Shown here one piece after another: positions 39,183-49,602 of a stretch of 64,000 bases of DNA. A model generated the notes under the pieces. That model was not told where the DNA came from. It worked only from the letters and a program-made list of their open reading frames with translations, and did no database searches. Origin of the DNA: Alphaproteobacteria bacterium (GTDB lineage: Bacteria; Pseudomonadota; Alphaproteobacteria; GCA-2731375); NCBI GenBank assembly GCA_965225945.1, contig CBDDBZ010000026.1, forward strand, positions 1 to 64,000. Direction: 5' to 3'. Both the position numbers and the translations under genes were made by a program. Each line of letters starts with the position of its first letter. The first letter of the stretch is position 1.

Positions 39183-40339
39183 ATGGATCGGAACCACTCG
39201 CCCGGAAACGAAGTGCCGGAGATGTCAGCCTTCGAGGGGGCGCATCGCGGGCGCTATTTCCATCGTCTCGCCGACGGCCGCCAGCAGTGCGATATCTGCC
39301 CCCGGAAATGCCGGCTGCGCGAGGGACAGCGCGGCCTCTGCTTCGTCCGCGCGGCGGATGCCGACGGTATCGTGCTGACCACTTACGGGCGCTCCAGCGG
39401 TTTCTGCGTCGACCCGATCGAGAAGAAACCGCTCAACCATTTTCTCCCCGGAACGCCGGTCCTCTCCTTCGGCACGGCCGGCTGCAATCTCGCCTGCAAA
39501 TTCTGTCAGAACTGGGACATCTCGAAATCGCGCCAGGTCGACACGCTGGCCGACGCGGCGAGCCCCGAGATGCTGGCCCGCGCCGCCAAGCGGCTCGGCT
39601 GCCGCTCGATCGCCTTCACCTACAACGATCCGGTGATCTTCCTCGAATACGCGGTCGATGTGGCGATCGCCTGCCGCGAGGCGGGCATCCGCAGCGTCGC
39701 CGTCACCGCCGGCTATATCGAGGCCGAACCCCGAGTCGAGTTCTTCGCCCACATGGACGCGGCCAATGTCGACCTCAAGGCCTTCACCGAGCGCTTCTAT
39801 CACAAGATAACGGGTGCGCACCTGGCGCCGGTGCTGGAGACCCTGGTCTACCTGGCCCACGAGACCAGCGTCTGGGTCGAATCACCACCTTGGTGATCCC
39901 GGGCGAGAACGACGGCGACGAGGAGTTCGATGCCATGACCGGCTGGATCGCCGAAAGCCTGGGCCCCGACATTCCCGTCCACTTCACCGCCTTCCATCCC
40001 GACTACAAGATGCGCGACAAGCCCCGGACGCCGCCGGAGACGCTCCGCCGCGCCCGCGAGATCGGCCTGGCCAACGGCCTCCGCCACGTCTATGTCGGCA
40101 ACGTCCACGACAAGGCTGGCGACAGCACCTATTGCCACGGCTGCGGCCAGGTGGTGATCGGGCGGGACTGGTACCAGCTCTCCGAATGGCGGCTCGACGC
40201 GGGCGGGTGTTGCACGAGCTGCGGGACCGCGCTCGCCGGGGTCTTCGACGGCGCCCCCGGCCAGTGGGGCCGCAAGCGCCAACCGGTCCGCCTCACTCCC
40301 GGCGCCCCCCGCCGGCCAAGACCCCGCCCTAGCGCCTGA
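39183..40339 (+). pseudogene. amrS: AmmeMemoRadiSam radical SAM enzyme, frameshifted (true pseudogene or sequencing error)
   Basis: DPIEKKPL.HF, GCNLACKFCQNW, ANVDLK; GAATC at 39879-39883 lacks one A (VEITTL expected); C-terminal half in another frame. Confidence 0.82.
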
Positions 40340-41024
40340 TCCGCCAGAGGGCGCGGCGGTTGGCGCGGACGGCGGCGGCTCGCGCCTGAAGGCGGACGCG
40401 CCACTTGTGTTGCCCGGCTTGACGGCGTTCCTCGGCCGCCTCGCGCCGCACCCGGTTCCACATGGCGCGAACCTTGGCCGCGTAAGGCACGGCGAAGCGC
40501 GGCGTGCGGGAATGATAGCGCGAGATGGCCTTGCTCCAGGTCCGCGTCTCGCGCTTCAGGGCGGCGAGGAAGCGGCCGGCATAGGCGGTGTTGGTGGCGG
40601 GATCGAAGGCACGCTCCAGGCGCTCGAAGGCGTCGGGGTGATAGCCGAGGTTCACCTGCATGCAGCCGACGTCGATGTTGGCGATGCCGCGCGCGCGGAG
40701 CCTCTCGACCTCGCGGATCGCCGCCAGCTTGCTCGGCAGATAGCGCCCCCTGCCCTCGGCATAAACCGTCCAGGGCCAGGCAACGCTTGCCCCCACCGCC
40801 TTCACCCAGCGGCCCGATTCGACCCGCCCGATGGCCCTCAGCGAGCCCGCCGGAATGCGCTCCGCCCGCTCCACTCGCTGGCTCGCCAGACGGCAGAGTT
40901 CGGGTGCCTCGGGGCCCGAAGACACGGCGCCCGGCGCGGTTGCACCGAGCGCCGGGCCGAGCGGCAAAAGGACGAGCGCGAGGGCGATGATGCGCGGGAG
41001 CCGAATGCGGGACCGGGTAGGCAT
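40329..41024 (-). CDS. Lytic transglycosylase (SLT) domain protein
   Basis: Signal peptide, AIGRVESG, WPWT, DVGCMQVN, A...YHS. Confidence 0.82.
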   Translation of the reverse strand: MPTRSRIRLPRIIALALVLLPLGPALGATAPGAVSSGPEAPELCRLASQRVERAERIPAGSLRAIGRVESGRWVKAVGASVAWPWTVYAEGRGRYLPSKLAAIREVERLRARGIANIDVGCMQVNLGYHPDAFERLERAFDPATNTAYAGRFLAALKRETRTWSKAISRYHSRTPRFAVPYAAKVRAMWNRVRREAAEERRQAGQHKWRVRLQARAAAVRANRRALWRIRR

Positions 41025-41067
41025 GCCCTCTCCGATGCAGCTTCCGTGCCAGCCGTCGAGCGAGGCT

Positions 41068-41945
41068 CTATTCGGCGGCGAGTGGCCTTTCCAGGCGGTA
41101 TTCGGCGAGGCGGGCGACGACCTGGGCGAGCCCCGCCGCCACCCGGTCGAAATCGTCGTTCGGCGTGATCGCCGCCTCGTTCATGTAGAGGGCGCGGTTG
41201 ATCTCGACCTGAAGCGCGTGGAAGCCGTCCGCCGGGCGGCCGTAATGGTGCGTGGTGAAGCCGCCGGCATAAGGGTTGTTGCGGGCGACCACGAAGCCCG
41301 CCTCGCGGAACGCCTGGCGGGCCCATTCCACCAGCTCCGAATTCGCCGTGGTCCCGAAGCGATCGCCGAGCACGATGTCGGATCGGCGCCGGCCGCCGTC
41401 GCTGTCGTTCGGCCCACCGATCGAGGGCATGGAATGGCAGTCGATCAGCACCGCATGGCCGAACGCCGCCCGCGTCTCGGTCAGAAGCGCGCCGAGCGCC
41501 TGGTGGTAGGGGCGATAGATCGTGTCCAACCGCGCCTCGATCTCCGCCAGCGCCAGCTTGCCACGATAGACCTCCGCCCCCTCGGCAACGACCCGGGCGA
41601 TGGTGCCGAGACCGCCGGCGACACGCAAGCTGGTGGTGTTGGCGTGCGCCGGCAGGGGCTCGTCGTACATCGTCGGGTCGAGCTCGTAGGGCTCGCGATT
41701 GACGTCGAGGTAGACCCGGGCGTAACGCGCGCGGATGAGCGGCGCGCCATGCGCCGGCGCGGCGGCGAACAGACGATCGACGAAGGCGTCCTCGCTTCGC
41801 CGCAAGGTCAGCGGATCGAGCGAGGAGGCGGCGACGAACGGCCTGGGGTAGTGATCACCGCTGTGGGGCGAGGCATAGACGACGGCACCGGCCGTCGGGT
41901 CGGCGCGATCACCTCGAATGGCGGTGGCGAAGCCCGGCCCGTCAC
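41068..41945 (-). pseudogene. N-formylglutamate amidohydrolase, one-base frameshift near 41885
   Basis: PFEVIAP in one frame; VVYASPHSG, SEDAFVD, DVNR, YRPYH, DCHSMPS, LQVEINR in the next. Confidence 0.8.
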
Positions 41946-42019
41946 ACTCGAAACCTCCGCTCGTATACTCACGACCGCGTGGTCCCGAGCGCGGCGCACC
42001 TTAGCATGGTCGACCGACC

Positions 42020-43144
42020 TCACGTGAAGAGGGAAAGCACGCCGGTATAGGCATAGAGTCGATTGTGCGAGACCTCGCCGTTGCCGAAGAAGCCGACCAG
42101 CGGCACCTCGCCCAGCGCCTCGCGGATCGCCCCCAGCTCCTCGTTTTCGGTCCCGAAGAGGTTCGGCCCCCGGGCGAGGCAGGTGTGGTAGAGCGCGCCC
42201 CGAGGCGGGCCGTCGAGCCGGGCCTTCAGCTTGTCCAGCATGCGCCCCAGATCCTCCTCGGCGGCGGCCCGATCGCGCCGGCAGAACATCACCTGATCGC
42301 CGGGCTCGACCACCTCGGCGATGGCGACGAGCTGGCGCTCCGGATCGATGCCGGTCAGGTTGCGCACCATGTAGTCGCCCCAATCGCTGCCCCGGACCGG
42401 CACCGCCGCGAAGATGTAGCCGGCGACGCGGCGTGGATCGCGGGCCAGCAGCTCGCCGATATCCTCCTTGAAGACCTCCAGCGCCGGACGGCCGTCGAGG
42501 CGGACCAGAATGTTTCCCTCGGCCTCCGTCACCTCGCGCGGCGGGCCGATCGGCGTGCAGCCTTGCGTCAGCCCGGTGGCGACCGCGACGCCGCCGGAGA
42601 TTAGCAGGCCGGAGAGACCGCCCTCCGTCACCTCGTCCGCGACCTGGCCGTGCGCGGCGCGCGAGGAGGTGAGGCCCCCCACCAGGAAACTGGAGCTCGC
42701 CTCGCCGAGGCTCGCGAGCAGCTCGGCCAAGCGCGGTTCGCGCGGATCGGCGTGAACCACCCCGAAGTTTCCGGGGAAGCGGGCGAGCCAGCCCCGGTTC
42801 CGCTCGACGAAGTGGCCAAGGTCGTCACGCCGAGAATCGAAGACGGCGAAACCGCCGGCGGGCAAGGCGCCGACCATCACCACCAGCGCCGGTTGGTCGA
42901 AATATTCGACGCCGCTGGCGCAGACGCCGATCCCAGTGCTGCCGACCCAGGACTCGATCCCGGTCCCGGCTCGCAACAGCTCGAGAATATCGGCGAGGCC
43001 ATCGACCATCAGGTCGGTGAGATAGAGGAAGCCGATGTTGGCGCCTTCGGGGAGCGGCAACAGGGTGTCGAGACAGGCGCGGGTCACCGCCTCCCAGTCG
43101 TCCCCCGTCGCGTGGGCCGCCTTGAAGCCGCCACTGCCGCTCAT
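42020..43144 (-). CDS. FIST signal transduction protein
   Basis: LTQGC.PIG, LDGRPAL, VRNL.GID, C..RG..LFG, GFFGNGE, LY.YT. Confidence 0.87.
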   Translation of the reverse strand: MSGSGGFKAAHATGDDWEAVTRACLDTLLPLPEGANIGFLYLTDLMVDGLADILELLRAGTGIESWVGSTGIGVCASGVEYFDQPALVVMVGALPAGGFAVFDSRRDDLGHFVERNRGWLARFPGNFGVVHADPREPRLAELLASLGEASSSFLVGGLTSSRAAHGQVADEVTEGGLSGLLISGGVAVATGLTQGCTPIGPPREVTEAEGNILVRLDGRPALEVFKEDIGELLARDPRRVAGYIFAAVPVRGSDWGDYMVRNLTGIDPERQLVAIAEVVEPGDQVMFCRRDRAAAEEDLGRMLDKLKARLDGPPRGALYHTCLARGPNLFGTENEELGAIREALGEVPLVGFFGNGEVSHNRLYAYTGVLSLFT

Positions 43145-43320
43145 GCCCTGGTCCCCCGACGAATTCCAGCCGTCGCCGCCGAGGCCATCTTGCCCGGCCG
43201 TCGCGATCGCCGCAAATCGGGCTCGCCCGACCGCCGATCCCCGCTTGCGAGGCAGATGGTCGACTTGATAGTCTCGATGCGGATTCGAGGAACCACGATG
43301 ACGGGAGGATCGATACGAGC

Positions 43321-43827
43321 ATGGCCTATACGCTAGAGCAACTCGCCGCCGACTGCCGCGCCGCGCTGCAGGCCGATCCGGGCCTCGCCGGCCGCGAGAA
43401 AATCAAGGGCTACGTCGAAAAGGCGCTTCGCGACGATGCCTTCCAGGCGGCGCAACTCGGCTCCAATGCCCGCAAGGAGCGGGAAATCATCCACGAGGAC
43501 GCGGAGCTGGGGTTCTGCATCTGCCGCCACGCCCACGACGGCGCGAGGCAAGGCTTCCCGCACGATCACGGCCCCACCTGGGCGATCTACGGGCAGGCCG
43601 AGGGCGAGACCAAGATGACCGACTGGGAGTTGAAGATCCCGCCGAACGGCGACGAACCGGGCCAGGCGGTCGTCACCCGGACCTATCACATGAAGCCGGG
43701 CGACGTTCATTTCTACGACGTCGGTGACATCCACGCGCCCTACCGGGACGGTCCGACCAAGCTGCTCCGGATCGAGGGCAGCAACACCGAGCACGTCACC
43801 CGTGACAAGATCGTCGCCGCGGAATAG
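43321..43827 (+). CDS. Cupin-fold protein (cysteine dioxygenase-like)
   Basis: PHDHG.TWAIYG and GDIH motifs; RBS GGAGG. Confidence 0.7.
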   Translation: MAYTLEQLAADCRAALQADPGLAGREKIKGYVEKALRDDAFQAAQLGSNARKEREIIHEDAELGFCICRHAHDGARQGFPHDHGPTWAIYGQAEGETKMTDWELKIPPNGDEPGQAVVTRTYHMKPGDVHFYDVGDIHAPYRDGPTKLLRIEGSNTEHVTRDKIVAAE

Positions 43828-43838
43828 GTGATCGGGCC

Positions 43839-45908
43839 TCAACGACCTTCGCGATACCAGGCCATCGCCGTCAGGCCCAGCACCAGGGCCAGGACGACGA
43901 GCGCCGGCATCAGCGGGATCTGGTCGACCCCGGTGACGCGATATTCGCCGTTGGCCCTGAGGCCCATCCAGCCGCGGCCGGATGCGTCCCGCCCCGCCGC
44001 CACGCGGCGGAACGAGGGCAGGCCGTCGACCAGCCAGGCGACACCGCCGCCGCCGCGCCGGATCACCGGTTCCAGGGGCGCCGAGGTCGCGCGCAGGTCG
44101 GCGTATTCCCGCGGGTTGAGGTCGCCGACCGCGACGATTTGGGCGCGTTGGCCGTCCGACAAGCGGTAGAGCCCCGGCTCGTCGACGTCGATCGCCGCCC
44201 GCGCCCGGCCGTCGGCCGCTGGCGTGAGCGTGATCCGCCGGCTGACGCCCGAGGGGGTGGTGACCGTGATCTCGACCGGGGCTTCGCTCAGGCTGCGGCG
44301 GTGGACGGTCATCCGGCCGGCGGCGACCCGGGCGCTGAGATCCTCCTCCTCCAGGTCGGGCTCCTTCATCAGCCAATGGGCGACGCGGCGCAGCAGTTCG
44401 GCCTGCGGCCCGCCACCCTCGAAACCTCGGGCCCAGAGCCAGACGTGATCGGAGAGCAATTGCGCCACGCGGCCCTCGCCGACCCGGTCGAGGATCAGCA
44501 GCGGCCGCTCGGCGATGCCCTGCATCAACACCTGGCCGGTCTCGACCTCGACGTCGACCATGCGGAACCAGCGTCCCCAACTCGGCGTCTCGCCCTCGGC
44601 GCCGGCGAGGTCGGCGGTCACCGGATGGCGCTGGCCCACGGCGCTGAGGCGGGGGCGGAAGCCCTCGGTCAGCAGGCGCCCGGTCGGCTGGCTCGGCAGC
44701 ACGGTTTGCAGCGAGGTTCGGTGCAGGCTCAAGGGCGTGGCGAAAGCCGGCCCGGCGGCGACCAGGATCGCGCCACCCTCGGCGACGTAATCGGCGACGT
44801 TCTTGAGATAGATGTCCGGCAACACGCCCCGCCGGCGGTAACGGTCGAAGATGATCAGGTCGAACTCGGAAAGCTTGGTCTGAAACAGCTCCCGCGTCGG
44901 GAAGCTGATCAGCGACAGCTCGCGGATCGGCGTGCCGTCCTGCTTCTCGGGCGGCCGCAGGATGGTGAAATGCACCAGATCGACCGAGGGATCGGACTTC
45001 AAGATATTGCGCCAGGTCCGCTCGCCCGCGTGCGGCTCGCCCGAGACCAGCAGCACCCGCAACCGATCCCGGACCCCGCTGATCGAGACCACGGTGCGAT
45101 TGTTGCGCTCGGAGAGCTCGTCCGCGACCGTCGCCACCTCGATCTCGATCAGGGTCTCGCCGCTGTGGCTCAAGGTGAAGGGCAGGACCTGCGTGACTCC
45201 GACCGGCACCCGGCGTGATCGCGGCTCGCCACCGTCGACGCGGATCACGACAGTGGCCGGCAATTCGCTGTCGCCACCCTGATCCTCGACGCGGAAGTTG
45301 AGGTGGAGACCGGCGTCGACCAGGCCGTAGCGCGGCGCCTCCTCGATCACCAGGCGGCGGTCGCGCTCGTGCCTGTCGCCGGTCAACAGAAGGTGGACCG
45401 GGCCGCCCGGATCGAAGCTCGCCAAGCGCTCCTCGGGTTCGTGGGTCTGCCCGTCGGAGATCACCACGACGCCGGCGACGCGATCCTTCGGCACGTCGGC
45501 CAGCGCCCGCTCGATCGCCCGCAAGAGCCGCGTCCCCTCGCCGAGATCGGCCCTGGTGGTGGAGGTGGCGACGACGCGATGCTCCAGATCCTCCATCCGG
45601 TCGAGCCGCTCCTCGATCTGGGCGACGGCCGTCTCGGCCCGGCTCGCGCGCTCGCCGATCCCCTGGCTCGGCGAATCGTCGACCACCACGATGGCAACGT
45701 CGGCAAGCGCTTCGCGCGCCTCATCCAGGAGGCTCGGGTTGGCCAGCGCCAGCAGCCCGGCGAGGAGCGCCAGCCCCCGAAGCGGCACGCCCGGAAGGCG
45801 GCGGAGGAAGGCGAAGCTCAGCAGCGCCGCGCCGATTGCCCCGAGCGCCGCGAGCCAGGGCCAAGCCAGGAGCGGCGCGAACTCGATGCTGGTGACGCCG
45901 CTCGTCAT
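43839..45908 (-). CDS. Membrane protein with GATase-like domain (MoxR cluster)
   Basis: N- and C-terminal TM segments, D.S.S, SDGQ, RVLLVSGEPH.GER.WR, DLVHFTILRPPEK. Confidence 0.78.
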   Translation of the reverse strand: MTSGVTSIEFAPLLAWPWLAALGAIGAALLSFAFLRRLPGVPLRGLALLAGLLALANPSLLDEAREALADVAIVVVDDSPSQGIGERASRAETAVAQIEERLDRMEDLEHRVVATSTTRADLGEGTRLLRAIERALADVPKDRVAGVVVISDGQTHEPEERLASFDPGGPVHLLLTGDRHERDRRLVIEEAPRYGLVDAGLHLNFRVEDQGGDSELPATVVIRVDGGEPRSRRVPVGVTQVLPFTLSHSGETLIEIEVATVADELSERNNRTVVSISGVRDRLRVLLVSGEPHAGERTWRNILKSDPSVDLVHFTILRPPEKQDGTPIRELSLISFPTRELFQTKLSEFDLIIFDRYRRRGVLPDIYLKNVADYVAEGGAILVAAGPAFATPLSLHRTSLQTVLPSQPTGRLLTEGFRPRLSAVGQRHPVTADLAGAEGETPSWGRWFRMVDVEVETGQVLMQGIAERPLLILDRVGEGRVAQLLSDHVWLWARGFEGGGPQAELLRRVAHWLMKEPDLEEEDLSARVAAGRMTVHRRSLSEAPVEITVTTPSGVSRRITLTPAADGRARAAIDVDEPGLYRLSDGQRAQIVAVGDLNPREYADLRATSAPLEPVIRRGGGGVAWLVDGLPSFRRVAAGRDASGRGWMGLRANGEYRVTGVDQIPLMPALVVLALVLGLTAMAWYREGR

Positions 45909-45927
45909 CGCGCCCCACCACCCGCGT

Positions 45928-48681
45928 TCATTGCCCCAGACGCTCCAGAATCGCCGGGACGTGGACCTGATCGGCCTTGTAGTTGCCGGTCAGGGTGTAC
46001 ATCACCAGGTTGACGCCGAAGCGATAGGCGAGTTCCCGCTGGCGTGCGCCGCCGGGAACGACGGCGGCGAGATGGCGGCCCTGGCCGTCGACCGCCCAGG
46101 CGGCCGCCCAGTCGTTGCCGCCGATGATCACCGAGGCGACGCCGTCGTTGACGCCACCCGGCGGCAGCTCGACCCAGAGCCGGCCGCCCGCATAGCGACC
46201 GGGGAAGCCCTGCATCAGATAGAACGCCTTGGTCAGCACGTGCTCCTGCGGTACCGGAACCAACGGCGGCACGTCGAGCCGACGCAGCAGTCGGCGCAGC
46301 GGTCCGCCGGTGCCGCCGCCGCGCCGCCCGAGGGCGGGCAGCGCCAACTGCGCGTCGCGGGTGTCGAACAGGATCGTGCCGCCGGTCTTCATGAAGGCGT
46401 TGAGCCGCATGGCCGCCCGGTCCGAGATCGCCTCCTGGTCCGGCGTGATCGGCCAGTAGAGGAGCGAAAAGAACGCGAGCTCGTCCACTTCCAGATCGAC
46501 CGAGAGAGGTTCGGCCGCCTCGATCGAGGTCCTGAGCCGCAACACCTCCGACAGGCCGACCAGGCCCGCATGGGCCAGCGAATCGATCTCGTCGTTGCCG
46601 GTGAGGACATGGGCGAGCCGGGTTTCGGAGGTCGCCTCGATCGCCCTCCGATCCGGCTCGGAGGGGGAGTCGGACTGGGCGAGCGTCGCTCGCGGCGCGG
46701 CCGTCGCCGCCAGGGCCAGGATCGCCAGGGCCGCGAGGCTAGCGGCGCGGGCGCCGGTCAAGCGCGGCAACACACCGCGAAGCGCCAGGGCCGCCACCAC
46801 GTCGATCAGACCCAGCGCCAGCGCCAGCAGCAGCAGCCAGGGCTTGAGGTCGGTTTCCGCCGTCGTCTCGTAACCGCTCGCGAGCGCGCCCGCCGGCGCT
46901 GGCGGCAAGGGCCGGAGCGCCTCCCCGGCCCGAACCAGGTTCAACGCCCGGCGGCTCTCCTCGGTGCCGTAGAAGCCCGGCGGATGGCGCGGGCCGACCG
47001 GCGTGCCGTCGATCCGGTCGGCGGGGATCGCGACGGCTGTCGCCGCCGGACCGCCGAGGTGGCCCTGGCCGTCCAGGCTGGCGAGCGGTGGTAACAGCCG
47101 GCTGCCTTCCTCGCCGGCGACGCCGCGAGAGAGCCCCAGCAGGCGGCGCATCATCTCGACGAAGAGGCCGGAGATCGGCAGATTCGACCAGCTCGTGTTG
47201 GCCGTCGTGTGGAACAGGACCAACCACCCCTCACCCCGCCGCTCGGCGGTCACCAGGGGCGTGCCGTCCGTGAGCCAGGCCCAGGTCTTGCCGTCGAGCT
47301 CCAGCGAAAGCTCGGCCAGCACCTGGCGATTTACCCGGACGTCGTCGGGGATCGCGAGGCCATGGAATGGGCTCGTGTCATGGAAGGGAGCGAGGCGGGC
47401 CGGCCGGGTCCAGGTCAGCGCGCCGCCGAGCGCGCGACCGCCGCCCCTGAGTCTGACCGGCAGCAGGTCGTCGGCGTTTTGCGCGAGACGAGGTCCAGCG
47501 AAGCGGACCAGCATGCCGCCCGCCTCGACCCAGCGGCCGACGCGGTCGGCCTCGCCGGGGCTCAAGCTGCCGACGTCGGCCAGCACGATCATGGCGAGGG
47601 GGCGCTCCAGCAGCTCCGCCAGCGCGCCTTCGCCGAGCTCGGCGAAGGGCGCCATTGCGCGGCCGAGATAATAGCTGTTGGAGAGCAGCGGCTGCGAGCG
47701 TTCGCGCGCGTCGGCGCCGGAGTGGATCCCCACCGGGCGACGACGCCAGCGCTCGTCGAGCAACAGCACGGCGGCGGCCGAGTCCTCGCCCTCGATCGCC
47801 AGGCGCGCCACGCGGTTTCGCACCTCGTTCGGCAGCCTGAGCAGCGTTTCGGTCACTTCCGCGCCCGGGGTGAAGGCCGCTTCCACCGCGCCCAGCACGC
47901 GACCGTCCTCGCCCAGCGCCAAGACCCGCGTCGTCTCCGGCGCCTGGTTGGCCAGGCGCCGAACGACCAGGGCGAAGCCACCCGCGACCGAGTCCGGGAC
48001 GCCGAGGACCTTGGCGTCGACGACGTCGGGCGCCATGACGAGAAGCTCGCCGAGCGCCCCCAACCGTTCCGCCAGTCGCGCCGCGTGCCCGTCGTCTAGC
48101 CCGTCGGCGAGCCAGACGACGTCCCTCGTCTGGTCCGCCGGCAGCGCCCGCAGGCGTTCGCGCGCGAGCGCCCGGTCGACGTCCCAGGGCTTAGGTCCGA
48201 GCGCGCGGACGCGGGCCCGGGCCTCCGTCGCCGAGATCATATTCGGCGGCCCCTCGGCGCTCTCCGTCGCCGCCGGCGCGGTCGGCAGGATCATCACCGG
48301 CTTGCGCTCGCGGGCGGCGCGGGTCAGCAGCTCGTCCATCGCCTCGACCCGGCGCGCCCAACCGTCCGCCGCCGCCCAGCCGTCGTCCACCACCAACAGG
48401 AGCGGCCCCTCGGTCTTGAATTCGCCACCCGGATCGAGCGTCGGACGGGCCAACGCCAGGATCACCAGCGCCGCCAGCAGCAGGCGCAGCAGCAGCAGCC
48501 AGAGAGGTGTCGCCGCCGGCGTCTCCTCGGTCGGCGTCAGCATCATCAGCAGGCGGACGGGCGGGAAGGTCTGCCGCCGGGGGGTCGGCGGCGTCACTCG
48601 GAGCAGCCACAAGATCGCCGGCAAGGCCAACAGCGCCAGCAGCATCCAAGGGTCGAGGAAGGCGAGCGGCCCGAAGGTCAC
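45928..48681 (-). CDS. BatA N-terminal / DUF4159 domain protein
   Basis: F..P..L..L..LP, LL.LRLLL..L.ILALA.P, C-terminal GVNLVMY.LTGNYK.DQVH. Confidence 0.82.
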   Translation of the reverse strand: MTFGPLAFLDPWMLLALLALPAILWLLRVTPPTPRRQTFPPVRLLMMLTPTEETPAATPLWLLLLRLLLAALVILALARPTLDPGGEFKTEGPLLLVVDDGWAAADGWARRVEAMDELLTRAARERKPVMILPTAPAATESAEGPPNMISATEARARVRALGPKPWDVDRALARERLRALPADQTRDVVWLADGLDDGHAARLAERLGALGELLVMAPDVVDAKVLGVPDSVAGGFALVVRRLANQAPETTRVLALGEDGRVLGAVEAAFTPGAEVTETLLRLPNEVRNRVARLAIEGEDSAAAVLLLDERWRRRPVGIHSGADARERSQPLLSNSYYLGRAMAPFAELGEGALAELLERPLAMIVLADVGSLSPGEADRVGRWVEAGGMLVRFAGPRLAQNADDLLPVRLRGGGRALGGALTWTRPARLAPFHDTSPFHGLAIPDDVRVNRQVLAELSLELDGKTWAWLTDGTPLVTAERRGEGWLVLFHTTANTSWSNLPISGLFVEMMRRLLGLSRGVAGEEGSRLLPPLASLDGQGHLGGPAATAVAIPADRIDGTPVGPRHPPGFYGTEESRRALNLVRAGEALRPLPPAPAGALASGYETTAETDLKPWLLLLALALGLIDVVAALALRGVLPRLTGARAASLAALAILALAATAAPRATLAQSDSPSEPDRRAIEATSETRLAHVLTGNDEIDSLAHAGLVGLSEVLRLRTSIEAAEPLSVDLEVDELAFFSLLYWPITPDQEAISDRAAMRLNAFMKTGGTILFDTRDAQLALPALGRRGGGTGGPLRRLLRRLDVPPLVPVPQEHVLTKAFYLMQGFPGRYAGGRLWVELPPGGVNDGVASVIIGGNDWAAAWAVDGQGRHLAAVVPGGARQRELAYRFGVNLVMYTLTGNYKADQVHVPAILERLGQ

Positions 48682-49592
48682 GACGAAAGCCTTCCGAAAG
48701 CGCCCGAGATCGCCTGGTACAACGCCAGCAGCGCCATCTCCGGCGGCCGGTCGGTGCGATGGCGGGCGATCGTCCAGCCGATCCGATGCACCAGCGAGGT
48801 CAAACGTCGCCGCCGGTCCGCCAACAGCTCGAGATAGTCGGGACGCAGCGCCTCGACCCGGCCGACGGTGAGGCCGCCCTCGGCCTCGGGCCCGTCGAAG
48901 CGAATTCGGCCGTTAAACGGCAGATCCTCCTCGGCGGGATCGACGATCTGCAACAGATGGCCGAAGACGCCGGCACCGGCATAGTTCTTGATCAGGGCCT
49001 CCAGCTCGTCCAAGGGCGAGAGCAGATCACCGATCAGCACCAATTGCGCATGCCCCGGCAGGCGCTCGCGCGCCGGCAAACTCTCGAGCGAGGCGGCGGC
49101 GTCCTCGGCCTCGGCGACGATGCGGGCGGCGAGCCGGCCGAGCGCGAGTCGGCCGGTCCTCGGTCGTTCCCCGCCGCCCAGGAGCGCCACCCGCTCGCCG
49201 CCGCGGATCAGCAGCGCCGCCAGCGCCAGCAGCAGCAGGTCGGCCCGCTCCCGCTTGACCGTCGGGCCTCGGCTTGAGCGATAGTCCATCGAGGGCGAGG
49301 CGTCGCGCCACAGCCATACGCTCTGCGCCGCCTCCCACTCGTGCTCGCGGACGAAGATCTTTTGGCTCTTGGCGGATTGGCGCCAGTCGATCTGTTGCGC
49401 CGCATCGCCCGGCTGATAGCGGCGGAACTGCCAGAAGCTCTCGCCGGCGCCGACGCGGCGTCGGCCGTGCACGCCCTGGGCCACCGTGTTGGCCACCCGA
49501 TACGCCGCGACCAGAAGCGGGGGAAGCGGCTGGGCGAGTTGCTCCGCCCGTTGCCGCAGGCTCGTCCTCGAAGCCGCCGCGCGGTCCGCCAT
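48678..49592 (-). CDS. DUF58 domain protein
   Basis: G.HGRRR.G.GE.FWQFR.Y.PGD....IDWR.SA. Confidence 0.88.
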   Translation of the reverse strand: MADRAAASRTSLRQRAEQLAQPLPPLLVAAYRVANTVAQGVHGRRRVGAGESFWQFRRYQPGDAAQQIDWRQSAKSQKIFVREHEWEAAQSVWLWRDASPSMDYRSSRGPTVKRERADLLLLALAALLIRGGERVALLGGGERPRTGRLALGRLAARIVAEAEDAAASLESLPARERLPGHAQLVLIGDLLSPLDELEALIKNYAGAGVFGHLLQIVDPAEEDLPFNGRIRFDGPEAEGGLTVGRVEALRPDYLELLADRRRRLTSLVHRIGWTIARHRTDRPPEMALLALYQAISGAFGRLSS

Positions 49593-49602
49593 CTGGCCCG
49601 CG

